Program-made: the position numbers and the translations under genes | Notes under the pieces: generated by a model | Seen by the model: the letters and a program-made list of their open reading frames with translations, nothing else | The model's database searches: none | What the model was told of the DNA's origin: nothing | NCBI GenBank assembly: GCA_050951805.1 | Contig: JBMNJT010000002.1 | Coordinates: 416,001-480,000, forward strand | From: Bacillota bacterium | GTDB taxonomy: Bacteria; Bacillota; DTU025 | Direction of reading: 5' to 3' | Length of the DNA: 64,000 bases | Shown: one piece after another, positions 20,214-30,618 of the stretch | Numbering within the stretch: the first letter of the stretch is position 1 | Layout: the number at the start of each line of letters is the position of its first letter

Positions 20214-21077
20214 TCAACCCTTCACTGTGGAATGCAAGCCCTCGGTGCTGATGAAGTAATTCGACATAGTGAAGAACAAGATGAACATCGGAAGGCTGGC
20301 CATGGTCGCAACGGCCATCATGATCCCTTCGTCACTGTGGGTTTCCGCCATGAACTTGGTTATATACAGAGGAATCGTTTTCATCTCATCGCTCTGAACC
20401 ACGAGCAGGGGCCAGAGCAGGTTGTCCCATTGTGAGCGGAACGTCAGAATCGCCAGGGTGGCGATGGCCGGACCACTGTTGGGCAACACGATGTTGGCGA
20501 AAATGCGGGGTTCACTCGCGCCATCGATGCGGGCGGCATCGAGCACCTCATCGGGGAAGGTGATCAGAAACTGCCGCATCAAAAACACGCCAAAAGCGTT
20601 GGTGAGGAAGGGCAGAATGAGTCCGGCATATGAATCGTGCAGCCCCATTTTTGTGACTACCATGTAGAGCGGGATCATGATGGTCTCGAAAGGGATCATC
20701 ATTGTCGCCATTATCAGCATGAAGACGAGATTGCGACCTTTAAATTGGAATTTAGCGAGCCCATACCCTGACATTGACGACAGAAGAACTGTTGTTGCGG
20801 TGACAGAAAGGGCAACGACGAGAGAGTTGAGTATGTTGCGAACAAATATGAATGACCCGTCAGGTCCCTTCAAACCATTCCAATAGTTCTGCCAGTGTAT
20901 GTGATCACTGAACCAAGGGTAGGGCAGTTTCATAATATCTATTGCGGGCATGAAGGATGCAGTAACCATGAACAGAAGTGGTGTGACCACGAACACGCAG
21001 GCCAAAATGAGAAATAGCCAGATAAAGATGTCTGCCAGCCTTTCTCCGATTGGGGCCTTCCCTTTAGCATAATTCAT
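20214..21077 (-). CDS. Carbohydrate ABC transporter permease (MalG-like)
   Basis: NSLVVA, DAARIDGASE (EAA loop), WDNLLWPL. Confidence 0.92.
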   Translation of the reverse strand: MNYAKGKAPIGERLADIFIWLFLILACVFVVTPLLFMVTASFMPAIDIMKLPYPWFSDHIHWQNYWNGLKGPDGSFIFVRNILNSLVVALSVTATTVLLSSMSGYGLAKFQFKGRNLVFMLIMATMMIPFETIMIPLYMVVTKMGLHDSYAGLILPFLTNAFGVFLMRQFLITFPDEVLDAARIDGASEPRIFANIVLPNSGPAIATLAILTFRSQWDNLLWPLLVVQSDEMKTIPLYITKFMAETHSDEGIMMAVATMASLPMFILFFTMSNYFISTEGLHSTVKG

Positions 21078-21129
21078 GTCAATCCCCCTGATCCCAGAGC
21101 ATCTAGCTGATCGCCCTGTTTTGATATTT

Positions 21130-22041
21130 CTACATGTAAGTGACTTCCTCAGTCCTAGATATCCTGAATTGCAACCATGTTAGGACCAACATGACAAGGA
21201 AAAGCAGAACACTCATGGCGCTGGCTCTCCCGATATTGTGATCCTTGATTGCAGTATTGTAGATACTGAGGGTAATGACATCAATGGGTCTGGTGGGCGC
21301 CCCGGATGTCGTGAAGAGGTATTGCGTGCTAAAAGTCTTGAGACACTGGATCATGACCATCACTGAAACCAAGAGAGTGGTCGGCTTCAGTAGCGGAAAT
21401 GTGATATGCCAGAAGTCTTGCCATCTGTTTGCTCCATCGATCAGAGCTGCCTCGTGCAAGTAGTCTGGGATGCCTCCTATGCCAGCAATGAATACGATGG
21501 TGAAATAGCCGATGTATTTCCAAAAATACAGTATTATCGTTGACAACCGCAGCATGTTCGCGTTAGAGAGCCAGTGATAATTGACTCCCGATGTTCCATT
21601 AATAAAATTGAGCGCTTGGTTTGCCAGGCCCCGAGGATCGAAGATAAGCAGCCAGATAAGGGCCGCCACAACCGACGAAAGCGCGGCCGGGGAGTATAGC
21701 GCCATCTGAAGGAATTTCTGAAACTTTGTCCGCGACATGATGAAAGCGGCCAATACGAGGCTGAGAACGACCAGGGGAATGAATGTGCCCACTGTGAATA
21801 TGGCTGTATTGGCCACAGACTGCCAGAACATGTCTGACGAGAATAAATACTTGTAGTTGCCCCAACCGACGAATTCAGGCGGCTTGAGCGACAACAGATT
21901 CTTCTTGAAAAAGCTCATGTAGATTGCATTGCCAATGGGGTAGAAGCTGAAGACTAAGAAGAACGCCAAAGTCGGAGCGACGAATATCCATCCCCATCTG
22001 GCCTTTTTCTGTTCCATACTGAATCCCTTGTGCTGCTGCAT
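21130..22041 (-). CDS. Carbohydrate ABC transporter permease (MalF-like)
   Basis: FVGWGNY, EAALIDGAN, ITFPLLKP. Confidence 0.92.
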   Translation of the reverse strand: MQQHKGFSMEQKKARWGWIFVAPTLAFFLVFSFYPIGNAIYMSFFKKNLLSLKPPEFVGWGNYKYLFSSDMFWQSVANTAIFTVGTFIPLVVLSLVLAAFIMSRTKFQKFLQMALYSPAALSSVVAALIWLLIFDPRGLANQALNFINGTSGVNYHWLSNANMLRLSTIILYFWKYIGYFTIVFIAGIGGIPDYLHEAALIDGANRWQDFWHITFPLLKPTTLLVSVMVMIQCLKTFSTQYLFTTSGAPTRPIDVITLSIYNTAIKDHNIGRASAMSVLLFLVMLVLTWLQFRISRTEEVTYM

Positions 22042-22074
22042 CGAATCTCCCCCTCAAGGAAATCTCGGAAGCTA

Positions 22075-22101
22075 AAGTCCGGGTTGCAAGAACCCGGACT
22101 T
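22075..22101 (-). terminator. Stem-loop after the sugar SBP gene
   Basis: AAGTCCGGGTT-GCAAG-AACCCGGACTT. Confidence 0.65.
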
Positions 22102-22119
22102 CAGCTTGCGCTGCTACTG

Positions 22120-23400
22120 CTATTCGTTATCCAGGACTTCCTGGATACGGTTGCGCAGGGTATTGAGGGCCTCTTTTGGAGGCACCTTGGACAGCATAAC
22201 GCCTTCAACTGCTTCCTTTATAAATCTTTCAAACTGGTACCCGTTTTCATGGAGGAAGACCGGATGTGCCCGGTTCATGTCTGCCATGAAGACTTCAGTG
22301 TAAGGAAGGTTCTTGAACGTCTTCGACGTCAGGAGCTCTTTGCGCGGCTGAATGAGGTTGACCTTTACCAGATACTCCATGGAATGGCTGAGCATGTAGT
22401 CAGCTAACTTCCACGCCATCTCCTGCTTTTCTTTGGGCGCCTGGGCGTTGACCATCAGGTAATGGCCATAGAAGGAGCACGCCACATCGTTGACGGCGTT
22501 CTTGAAGACTGGGAACGGAACAACCATCCATTCTTTGCTTTCGAAGAATGCAGGGTTATCGTTCTGCAACCGGCCTTGCTGATAGAACCCGCTGAGGCAC
22601 ATGGCTATGTCGTTGTTGTCCTTGTTCCAGATTTTCCTGGGAGCGGCGTATGTGGGGCTGCCGAGGTTGCGTCCGTGGGGACCCCATTCCCTCATGTATT
22701 CCAGCACTTGCAGCCATGCCTTGTCATTGACTATGGCTGTCTTGCCGTCATCACTGAGCAACTTCCCACCCAACTGCTCAACCATGGGGAGGAAAGAGAC
22801 GAGGTAGTACGGATAGCGGAAGTCGAACCCGCGCCGCACGAGGATATCACCATTGCGTATGGCAATCTTGTCGGAGATATTGGCCATGTCTTCCCATGTT
22901 TTGGGGTAGTCTTTCTCGGGATCGAGCCCTGCATCGCGGAAGACCTTCTTGTTTATGTAGATGCACCAGTTAGTGATCTCTAGGGGAAGGCCGTATATCT
23001 TCCCGCCCATGGTCACTGCATCAAAGGTGCCTTTGATGTACTGGGACTTCAATTCGTCGTAGTTTTTGACGCCAATGGCCTTGCAGTCGACAGGAGCAAC
23101 GCGGTAGTTCTTCATGTAGCCGTATTCTTGTTCGATTGGAAGGTTGAATAGGTCTGGAGCGTTATTGGCTGAGAAAGCGGTAAGGACAATGTCTCCCATC
23201 TTGCTAGCTTCATTTACGACTCTCTTGACGCGCACGTTAGGTTACATCTTGGTGAACTCAGCGATATACCTGTTTTCGATCTCGGTTCGGTTGTCGTCAG
23301 TGTGGGTCCAATAGGTCAACTCAATAGGCTTTGCGGCGCCGACTCCGAAGGACAGGGTTACGATGATGGCAACAGCGAGCAACCATGTAGACCTTTTCAT
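22120..23400 (-). pseudogene. Sugar ABC transporter substrate-binding protein with one in-frame TAA at codon 53
   Basis: RBS GAGGAGG then ATG 23400 (MKRSTWLLAVAIIVTLSFGVGAAKPIELTYW...EFTKM*PNVRVKR), in frame with ORF 22120..23235; TAA at 23244-23242. Confidence 0.85.
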
Positions 23401-23860
23401 GAACAACTCCTCCTCTAGCGTCTTTGTTGGGCAGCCAACCCATGTAGTGTCTGCGGCGCGTCACCTCCATGCCAGGACTACAGGAAACCCCAGCGTGATC
23501 GTTGTCATTAGAAACCAACTATAAACAAAATTCGTCATTGAAGTAAGTAGTCCTGCGTCCAACTGCAAATCCGACACGTTTTTGCTATATGTTAGTCAGT
23601 AAGTGAAGGCGCCTGGCGTGGCATAGACCTTGTGCCGCCTGGGGGACTTGATGATAATGAAGTATCTCAGCTTGCCGCCACCGGCTACGATTTGCGGCAG
23701 GTTTGCATCGCTCCATGAATTATCGCCAGTCAGGCTCTGACCGCAAGCGTGATGAGCATGTTCAAATCCTCGTTGAGACATGATTCAGACTTGTAGAGAG
23801 GCTTCTCAAGGCTTGCGTTATTCTGATCGGCCGCAAAGCCAGATTCGACAGCCAAGACAA

Positions 23861-23906
23861 TTGACTACAACACTAGTCTGTGCTAATGTTGACTACAGAT
23901 GTAGGC
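23861..23906 (+). promoter_or_regulatory. Sigma-A promoter overlapped by two BlaI/CopY-type operators
   Basis: TTGACT(23861)-N17-TAATGT(23884) with upstream TG; GACTACAACACTAGTC (23863) and GACTACAGATGTAGGC (23891, TACAnnTGTA core). Confidence 0.7.
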
Positions 23907-23993
23907 ACACTGGTGACTGATCCGGGGGGCCCAGCGGAGTTGCAGCTCGAAAGCTGGATTCAGAAGTCCTATTTGCATGGAGCAGCAGAGGGG

Positions 23994-24707
23994 ATGTTGA
24001 AAGTGATGGAGTTTTTGGCGAATCAGGGTAAGAGACTATCGGTGGAGATCGACGGGCGCACCTATATGCGTATTCCAATAAAGACTCATGTTGTCGTCGC
24101 AGACGACGATATTGTGGATGTGGTTGGGAGGTACGCTGAACCTCTGTTGTGTACAGGCGACATGTTGGTAGTGAGCGAGAAAATCGTAGCTATTACTCAG
24201 CACAGGGCGTATCCAGTTGACCAAATCGAACCTTCGCGGCTTGCTCGTTTTCTCTCTCGGTTCGTGTATAAATCGCCCTATGGAATCGGGCTGGCGAGCC
24301 CGTGCACGATGGAGCTGGCTATAAGGGAAGCTGGCGCGCCGAGGATAGTGGCGGCGGCGTGTGTGGCAGGGGTTGGCAAGCTTTTCGGAGCTAAAGGAGT
24401 CTTTTACCGGATATGCGGCGCAGACGTGGCCGCAATCGACGGCCCATGCGACTATACTATCCCGCCCTACGACAGGTATGCGATTTTGGCTCCGTCGAAG
24501 CCCAAAGATGTTGCTCAGTCGTTAAGCGATGCTACTGGTATGCCGGTGGCGATTGTGGATGCGAATGACTTGGGCGTTTCCATACTTGGATTATCGGCGG
24601 GATGCCCCGAGCCGGAGCTTATAAAGAAGATCCTTGCCGACAATCCCCTTGGGCAGTCATGCGAGCAGACTCCCATTGGAATAGTGCGCCAGGCTAAGGA
24701 TATATAG
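23994..24707 (+). CDS. Coenzyme F420-0:L-glutamate ligase-like protein (CofE/DUF129 family)
   Basis: IPIKTH, SEKIVAITQ, FYRICG, AAIDG, IVDANDLG, DNPLGQ..EQTP. Confidence 0.8.
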   Translation: MLKVMEFLANQGKRLSVEIDGRTYMRIPIKTHVVVADDDIVDVVGRYAEPLLCTGDMLVVSEKIVAITQHRAYPVDQIEPSRLARFLSRFVYKSPYGIGLASPCTMELAIREAGAPRIVAAACVAGVGKLFGAKGVFYRICGADVAAIDGPCDYTIPPYDRYAILAPSKPKDVAQSLSDATGMPVAIVDANDLGVSILGLSAGCPEPELIKKILADNPLGQSCEQTPIGIVRQAKDI

Positions 24708-25087
24708 GTTATAGCGGAACTTTCAAGATTCGACGTTTTCTCGGCGTTCAAACCGGCCTGAAGAAACAGTGATAGCCGTGGTTGGATGTGTGTTTCTTGT
24801 AGGTGACGACGATCGGCAATAAAGGGAGAACAACGTCAGGCGCCCACCTCGTGGCCAAGACAGAATGTGGCAAGCCGAGTTGACTGCTTAGCGATTACAC
24901 AGAGACAGACAGCGGGCAATGCACATCGATTAGCACCCATCTCAATTTAATGTGGGCACGTGTGCCATGGTGCTCTTTTGGCTGGAACATCCAGGGTTTG
25001 CGTTAACCCCCAAACTAGGCCCGCGTGACCTTAGAAGAGGTGACGGCGGTTACGGTTGCTACAATGCCCACGTGCACTCGGTTGCAG

Positions 25088-25132
25088 TTGACGCCCTCTG
25101 ATTCCATGCGTATACTGACTACAGATATAGTT
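25088..25132 (+). promoter_or_regulatory. Sigma-A promoter and BlaI-type operator of blaI/blaR-like operon
   Basis: TTGACG(25088)-N17-TATACT(25111) followed by GACTACAGATATAGTT (25117). Confidence 0.72.
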
Positions 25133-25171
25133 AGTAGTGCTTTAAGACGACGAGATGGGGGGTATGGGCAT

Positions 25172-25558
25172 ATGGGAATGCCTCCTCTGGGCGATCAAGA
25201 GTTGGAACTGCTACGATTTATCACCGAACATTCGCCGATCACGGTGCGTGAGGCTTATGAGAACTATGGAAAGGACCGGGGCCTTGCGCGAACCACAATC
25301 CTCACAATGATGGAAAGACTCAGAAACAAGGGTTATCTGACTAGGTCGGAGGGGAAAGGGGCAAATGAATATTCTGCCTGCTTAACCCGTTCGGCGCTCA
25401 TGCGCGGAGTGGTGCGTGGATTCGTGGAAGAGACGCTTGGAGGCACTTTGTCGCCTTTTGTGGCATATATCGCCGAAGAGGCCAGTGTAAGTCCGCAGGA
25501 ACTTGAAGAACTAAAGCGACTTGTTGAGGAACTCGAATCGCGGGAGGAAGAGAATTGA
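25172..25558 (+). CDS. BlaI/MecI/CopY-family transcriptional repressor
   Basis: LGDQELELL, LARTTILTMMERLRNKGYL wHTH, SPQELEELKRL. Confidence 0.92.
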   Translation: MGMPPLGDQELELLRFITEHSPITVREAYENYGKDRGLARTTILTMMERLRNKGYLTRSEGKGANEYSACLTRSALMRGVVRGFVEETLGGTLSPFVAYIAEEASVSPQELEELKRLVEELESREEEN

Positions 25559-26694
25559 GGGGCTGTCTGCAGTATCTGTTCCAAATCTCATCCCAATACT
25601 GGGCAAGTTCCATGTGGAGGGCTTTCTATCAGGGGAGCCTGGCGCTCGCGTTTGTATGGGCTGTATGCAAAGCCTTCCCGCACATCCCCGCCCGCGTCAG
25701 ATGCTGGCTATACCGTCTTGGATTGGCCAAGTTGTTTCTTCAATTGTTCGCAGCGCCTCAGATCGATCTCGCTGTTTTGCCTCGAACTCGAACCGTAATT
25801 GCACACGTCGTGTCATATCGTTTTGCTGAGCAAATACCCACCCGCGGAGATCTGGCCCGGGGGGTTGGCGGGCCTTTGATGGCTCTTTGGATCATTGGGG
25901 TCACCATAGGCGTGGCAGGGGTCGCGATAGCTTATGCAAAGGCGCGCTCCATGGCGTTGCGCAGCGTGTCAGTACGTCGAGAGGAGCTCGATGCCATGGT
26001 GGCTCGGATATGCCGAAGCATGAAAATCAGCTGCCTGCCCGAGCTTGTAGTCGCAGGCTGGGCATCTGTCCCGATGACATTGCGAAGGAGGGGCAGGCAT
26101 GTTGTGGTTATCCCTCTAAAGTTCTTGGCTCCCGAACGTCAGAGCGACCTGGAGTTGGTGTTGGCCCATGAGTTGGCCCACATAAAGAGGCACGACTTGA
26201 ACTGGAACTGGCTTCCTACCGCGGCCAAGATTCTATTCTTCTTTAACCCTCTGATCTGGGTGGTCGATCGTGAGCTCGGTATTGCTCAGGAAATGGCTTG
26301 CGATGAGATGGCTGTGCGCGCTACTCGGTCTAAAGCTGCGAGGTACGGCAGGGTTCTCCTCACGATGGTCAGACCGGATCGGGAGGCAGGCTCCACATGG
26401 CGAGTAGCGACGGCGTCTGCAGGGGCGTCTGCCGAAGTAATACGGAGACGCCTGGTCGAGCTAGGTCACATGCAGGACCCGCCTGCAAGAAGAGTGATGG
26501 CATCTATAGTGACGTTGCTCTTCATGTGTCTGCTGGTCATGCCATTTCAGATTGTAGAGGCTCCACGCGATGGCCTGCCTCGTCCTGGAGTGTCGAGGAT
26601 CAGAGACAAGATATACATATCCGAGCCTTGGGGCGAAAAAGCATCCCTCGATGGAGTGACTATAGGCATCGACTTTGAACCTTCAGGCAAATGA
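25555..26694 (+). CDS. M56-family membrane metallopeptidase (BlaR1-like, no penicillin-binding domain)
   Basis: HELAHIKR, FFFNPLIW, EMACDE; overlaps the blaI stop. Confidence 0.9.
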   Translation: MRGCLQYLFQISSQYWASSMWRAFYQGSLALAFVWAVCKAFPHIPARVRCWLYRLGLAKLFLQLFAAPQIDLAVLPRTRTVIAHVVSYRFAEQIPTRGDLARGVGGPLMALWIIGVTIGVAGVAIAYAKARSMALRSVSVRREELDAMVARICRSMKISCLPELVVAGWASVPMTLRRRGRHVVVIPLKFLAPERQSDLELVLAHELAHIKRHDLNWNWLPTAAKILFFFNPLIWVVDRELGIAQEMACDEMAVRATRSKAARYGRVLLTMVRPDREAGSTWRVATASAGASAEVIRRRLVELGHMQDPPARRVMASIVTLLFMCLLVMPFQIVEAPRDGLPRPGVSRIRDKIYISEPWGEKASLDGVTIGIDFEPSGK

Positions 26695-27219
26695 CGGTTC
26701 AAAGAAGACATTGCCATGGCCATCAAGTCGCAGCCGACTGACGCTACCTGTTGCCCTCAACACTTCCATAAGAGATCCACTGGCCAACTTCGGGCATTTT
26801 TGCGGACGATTGGGTTTTGAACCGTTCGCCGACAGATGCTTCAGACTGTGTCGATAGAATCGCGCTGAGCATGTAGTTTTGGTAGTATGCAGGGTAGCGA
26901 GCAACTTGTATCTTCGCAGCCTAGTCGGGCCTCTTGCTCATCTGCATTCCAATATTTGGTTACTCATAACCATTGCCACGGCTTCTGTTGCGAGGACACG
27001 CGTGTTCGCAGAGCCGCATGGTGCAAGAGGCACGGTCTTTAGGAAGAATCGGTATTCCCTAAAAGATCAGGAAGTGAAGGTAGGGAGGCCTGCAGCTCTC
27101 CTTCATGGCGCTATAGATTGCCAAACGGACTGCCTCGACGTTGTGGTCCAGGGTCTTGGCGTGCGAGTTGAAGCTCGTATGTGAGCCCGCACCAAGGTAT
27201 TGAACGTCCAGAGGCTGTC

Positions 27220-28344
27220 TCATGAACCGCAGTCTACACACTCCTGTTCATGCGCGTCGGCAGGGGGCTCGATGGCGATGGTGTCGTCCTTTTTGACGTA
27301 TGCTGAGAATCTGCTGTGGACTTTATCGAAATCCTTGAGGATCGCTTCAGTCATCATGTCGAAAGGAACTACCACGTAGCGCCCTAGAGGGGAGTGACGG
27401 GGATTGTATAGGAGGGTCCCGGTGACGTTTTCCAGACTGATCTTCACGCCCTCGGGCGTCTCCGTCTTGACTACGTCGAGCGAGACAAGAAGGCCGACCA
27501 GTTTAAACAGCTCCTTTTGGGCGGAGAGAAAGTTGCCCAGGGAGTAGATGACCAGAGTATCGCCTACCATGGTTACCGGCTGCACTACGTGAGGGTGGTG
27601 TCCCACTATTATGTGGACGCCGAGCTCCGCGAGGTGCTCCGCTATCTCCGTCTGCTCCTTAGTAGGTGCGAAAACGTATTCATCACCCCAGTGCATGGAG
27701 ACGATGACCACATCAGCATTAGCCCTGGCTTTCTCCACATCGGCCCTGGCTGTCTCGGGGTCGTAGACGTTCACGTAGTATGCCTTGCCATTGGGGGGTC
27801 TCAGGCCGTTGGTGAGGGTGGTATAGGCAAGGAACGCACACGTGATGCCATTTACCTCCACCGTCTGTATTTCGTCCCGATCCGTCTGGCTAAAGTAGCT
27901 TCCGGCTGTGAGGACGCTTTCTTTACCGCTCCAATACTCCAGAGAGCACAGAACAGCATTTTCCCCTCGATCCAGGGTGTGGTTGTTCGCTAATGATACG
28001 AGGTTGAACCCGGTGTCGATAAAGGCGTCCCCTACCTCCTGAGGGGAGTTGAAGCGTGGGTACGTCGACAGACCGAGCTCGACGCCGCCTAGGATTGTCT
28101 CCTGGTTGTAGAAGGCGAGGTCGTGGCGGGCAATGCGGTCGGCGATGAGGCGGAGCATAGGGCGAAAATCGAAGGCGTCGTCCTCTACTCTGGCGGCGTT
28201 GTACACACCTTGGTGGATAAGGGCGTCTCCAACAGCAGCGAAGGAGAAACGGGAAGACATTCCCGGATCCCCGGGCTGTGCCCAGAGAACGAGAATGAGG
28301 GAAAGACTGATAAGGACGAGCGGAAAGGTCTTTCTTCGGATCAT
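27220..28344 (-). CDS. CapA/PGA_cap-family metallophosphoesterase-like protein
   Basis: AAVGDAL, NQET, LANNHTLD, SMHWGDEY, GHHPHVVQ, YSLGNF. Confidence 0.9.
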   Translation of the reverse strand: MIRRKTFPLVLISLSLILVLWAQPGDPGMSSRFSFAAVGDALIHQGVYNAARVEDDAFDFRPMLRLIADRIARHDLAFYNQETILGGVELGLSTYPRFNSPQEVGDAFIDTGFNLVSLANNHTLDRGENAVLCSLEYWSGKESVLTAGSYFSQTDRDEIQTVEVNGITCAFLAYTTLTNGLRPPNGKAYYVNVYDPETARADVEKARANADVVIVSMHWGDEYVFAPTKEQTEIAEHLAELGVHIIVGHHPHVVQPVTMVGDTLVIYSLGNFLSAQKELFKLVGLLVSLDVVKTETPEGVKISLENVTGTLLYNPRHSPLGRYVVVPFDMMTEAILKDFDKVHSRFSAYVKKDDTIAIEPPADAHEQECVDCGS

Positions 28345-28889
28345 GATCTCCTCCATGAGCATGCGTTTCAATCAATAGCTCAGTTCGCCCCGCTCAGGAC
28401 ATACTCCTCTTCGCGTTAGCCGGGTGTTGTCATGATGGGGGATCCTGACACAGCTTTCTCCTCTAACCTCCTTGAGTTTGGTATAATCATAACATCAGCA
28501 GGGCTTCATGCCCGAGGCACTGGGGTATTCTGAGCATTCCTAAGCGGCCAAGGTCTGAATTTCAGACGGAGTCAGGTTGTCGACAAAAGCGCTCATCAAC
28601 TCGAAGCGCGTGAGCGTTGGCGATGGGAATTCGGGATCTCCTAGGTGGCAAGCCATCCGTACGGGAAGTTGCTAGATGAGAATGAAGCGGAGAAAATGTC
28701 GAGCTGGAAGAGGCTTTACGGATACTGTGGCAATAGGATGAGTGCCCCGGCTTGTCTCAAACGAGCCCGACGGTTAGCATCGGATTTGTTTTTGCCTGAG
28801 GAGGCCGCGGCATTGGTTACGGGATTAAGTTGAGGAATCCTATCTTGGAGACTGACCAAGTTGAAACTTCCAAAGAGGTGTAGTGGCTT

Positions 28890-29396
28890 ATGGATGCCGA
28901 GTACTTCGTGGATCTGGCCTTGGAGTGGGGGGCTGATCATGCCGTCCCCTTTGAAATCAGTGATATCGTATTCGATCCGCGGACTATCTTAAAGTGCGCT
29001 TTTGGTTGCGGTGACTGGGGCTATGGGCACACTTGCCCCTCTCGGCCTCTTTCTCTTAGGCCTTGGGAGTATGAACAGGTGTTGCGCCGTTATTCTTGGG
29101 GGATTATCATTCATTCTACGGATAAACGTATTTCGCAGGATGTCTCCTTCGGCATTGAACGCGAAGCCTTTTTGCGCGGATATTATCTGGCCTTTTCACT
29201 TAGCGATTGCGCCATATGCGGGCAATGCGCTGGATTTGTCGGTAAGCCGTGCGCCAATCCCCAAAAGGCGCGTCCGGCCTTTCACAGTGTGGGCATTGAC
29301 GTTTTCAAGACTGTGCACCGCTTCGGCCTGCCGTTGGATACTCTCAAGAGCGAGGATGAAACGCCCAACTGGTATTCAGCGGTATTCATCGAGTGA
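28890..29396 (+). CDS. DUF2284-family Cys-rich metal-binding protein
   Basis: KCAFGC..GHTCP, CAICGQC...C.NP..ARP, GIDVFKT. Confidence 0.82.
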   Translation: MDAEYFVDLALEWGADHAVPFEISDIVFDPRTILKCAFGCGDWGYGHTCPSRPLSLRPWEYEQVLRRYSWGIIIHSTDKRISQDVSFGIEREAFLRGYYLAFSLSDCAICGQCAGFVGKPCANPQKARPAFHSVGIDVFKTVHRFGLPLDTLKSEDETPNWYSAVFIE

Positions 29397-30542
29397 TAAA
29401 TGGATTGTGCCGGGAGAGTCGTCTATCGCGGCAATCAGGCATGCTTGCCTTCCACGGGGATGTTATAGCTGAGCAACCCGACAGTGAACAGTTTTCAGCT
29501 TCCATAGCCCAAGTTAGCTAATGTGATGGCTGACAGCTGAAGGCAGAGATTGCCCATGCCAATGTCAAGGATTAAGGTTACGAAAGCCTAGATGCTTGGA
29601 TGTTCCAGTATCTTTGTCTGAAGATACGTAGATCGGCGGAACAAGCAAGTCATGGAGGCTGCTACGGATCACAGAAGCGGCAGCAGAAGTCCGTTCACCG
29701 AAGGATATAGACGATGCGGTTGCAAACCGTAGTTCAAAGGGTCATGAATACAGCAAAAACCGTTGGGACATTCGTATTCTCCAGAGCTGAACCCGAAAAA
29801 GAACATGTGGGCCGGGCCCCGAGAATACTCTGCCCGAAACAGTGCGTATGCAGTTAAGAGGGAGCCTTCGTATACGCGTACAACACACCAAGCAAAATGA
29901 GAAGGTGTGTGGACGCCAGATCGTAATTTGGGGCATCATGAATTCACTTTGCTTATTGAGGATTATCGTCCGTCCAACGGAAACTCCCGCTTCACGTTCT
30001 AGGCGATAGATGACTCAGTACGGGCCATTTGGTCAGGGCTTAGACACTTATCGACAATCCCCGCTTCAGGCTCGCACATCACATGATTGAGATTGCAGCT
30101 AAGAACCCCTCCATCACGCTCTTTGACCGGCCATACAGCAATATGGTAATCACTGGCGCTATGACAAAACCGTGTCGGGAAATTCACAGGTCACAGGTAT
30201 GCACCCATGAAACGGGGTCTAGTGCTACTCTTAGTTTGAATCCGATCTAGCCCAATCGCCTCCTTTCCGCACACTGTAATTGGTTGTTCTACAAAGCTGG
30301 TGCGCAGGCTTCCTAAACCCGCCTAAGGGCCACAATCCTGACCCACCACAGATCAAGATTACATGAAGAGCGCTGATGCGTTGCACTATCCAGTTTTCCC
30401 TGAGGAACGTTTTTACTTGTCCCTCCAATATCTTCGCATTCACATCGCCCATTTTCTGTTTTCGGACATTTGGCACTCAGAAGTGTTCAGTGCCTCTTCG
30501 AAGCCGTCCGGGAACCCTAGAGGCTGGAAGAGAAGGCAAAAG

Positions 30543-30585
30543 TTCATCATGTGTTCACATTCCCGACACATGACGCTGGTAATCT
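30543..30585 (+). promoter_or_regulatory. Putative OmpR-family response-regulator box plus -10 element upstream of the efflux operon
   Basis: Direct repeats at 11-bp period, TTCATCA/TTCACAT/GACACAT (30543, 30554, 30565), then TAATCT (30580). Confidence 0.4.
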
Positions 30586-30618
30586 GTGCTCAGGCGGTGA
30601 GTGATGGAGGTCGAAGGC

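Noticed and set aside
23242-23244. Stop-codon recoding in the sugar SBP
   Set aside because: The codon is TAA, not TGA or TAG, and no other gene suggests an alternative genetic code
26695-27223. Small ORFs between blaR-like and capA-like genes, including a 54-aa ORF overlapping the capA stop
   Set aside because: No recognisable family motif or clear RBS
28444-28576. Possible MITE (CCTGAC...GTCAGG) sharing ATAACATCAGCA with the IS at 43314
   Set aside because: Inverted repeat is only 6 bp, no target duplication, and a single 12-mer match is expected by chance in 64 kb
29400-30540. 1.1-kb intergenic stretch as a hidden gene, array or RNA
   Set aside because: No repeats, CRISPR periodicity or convincing ORF; an orphan AAAGGAGG on the minus strand suggests a decayed gene I cannot identify
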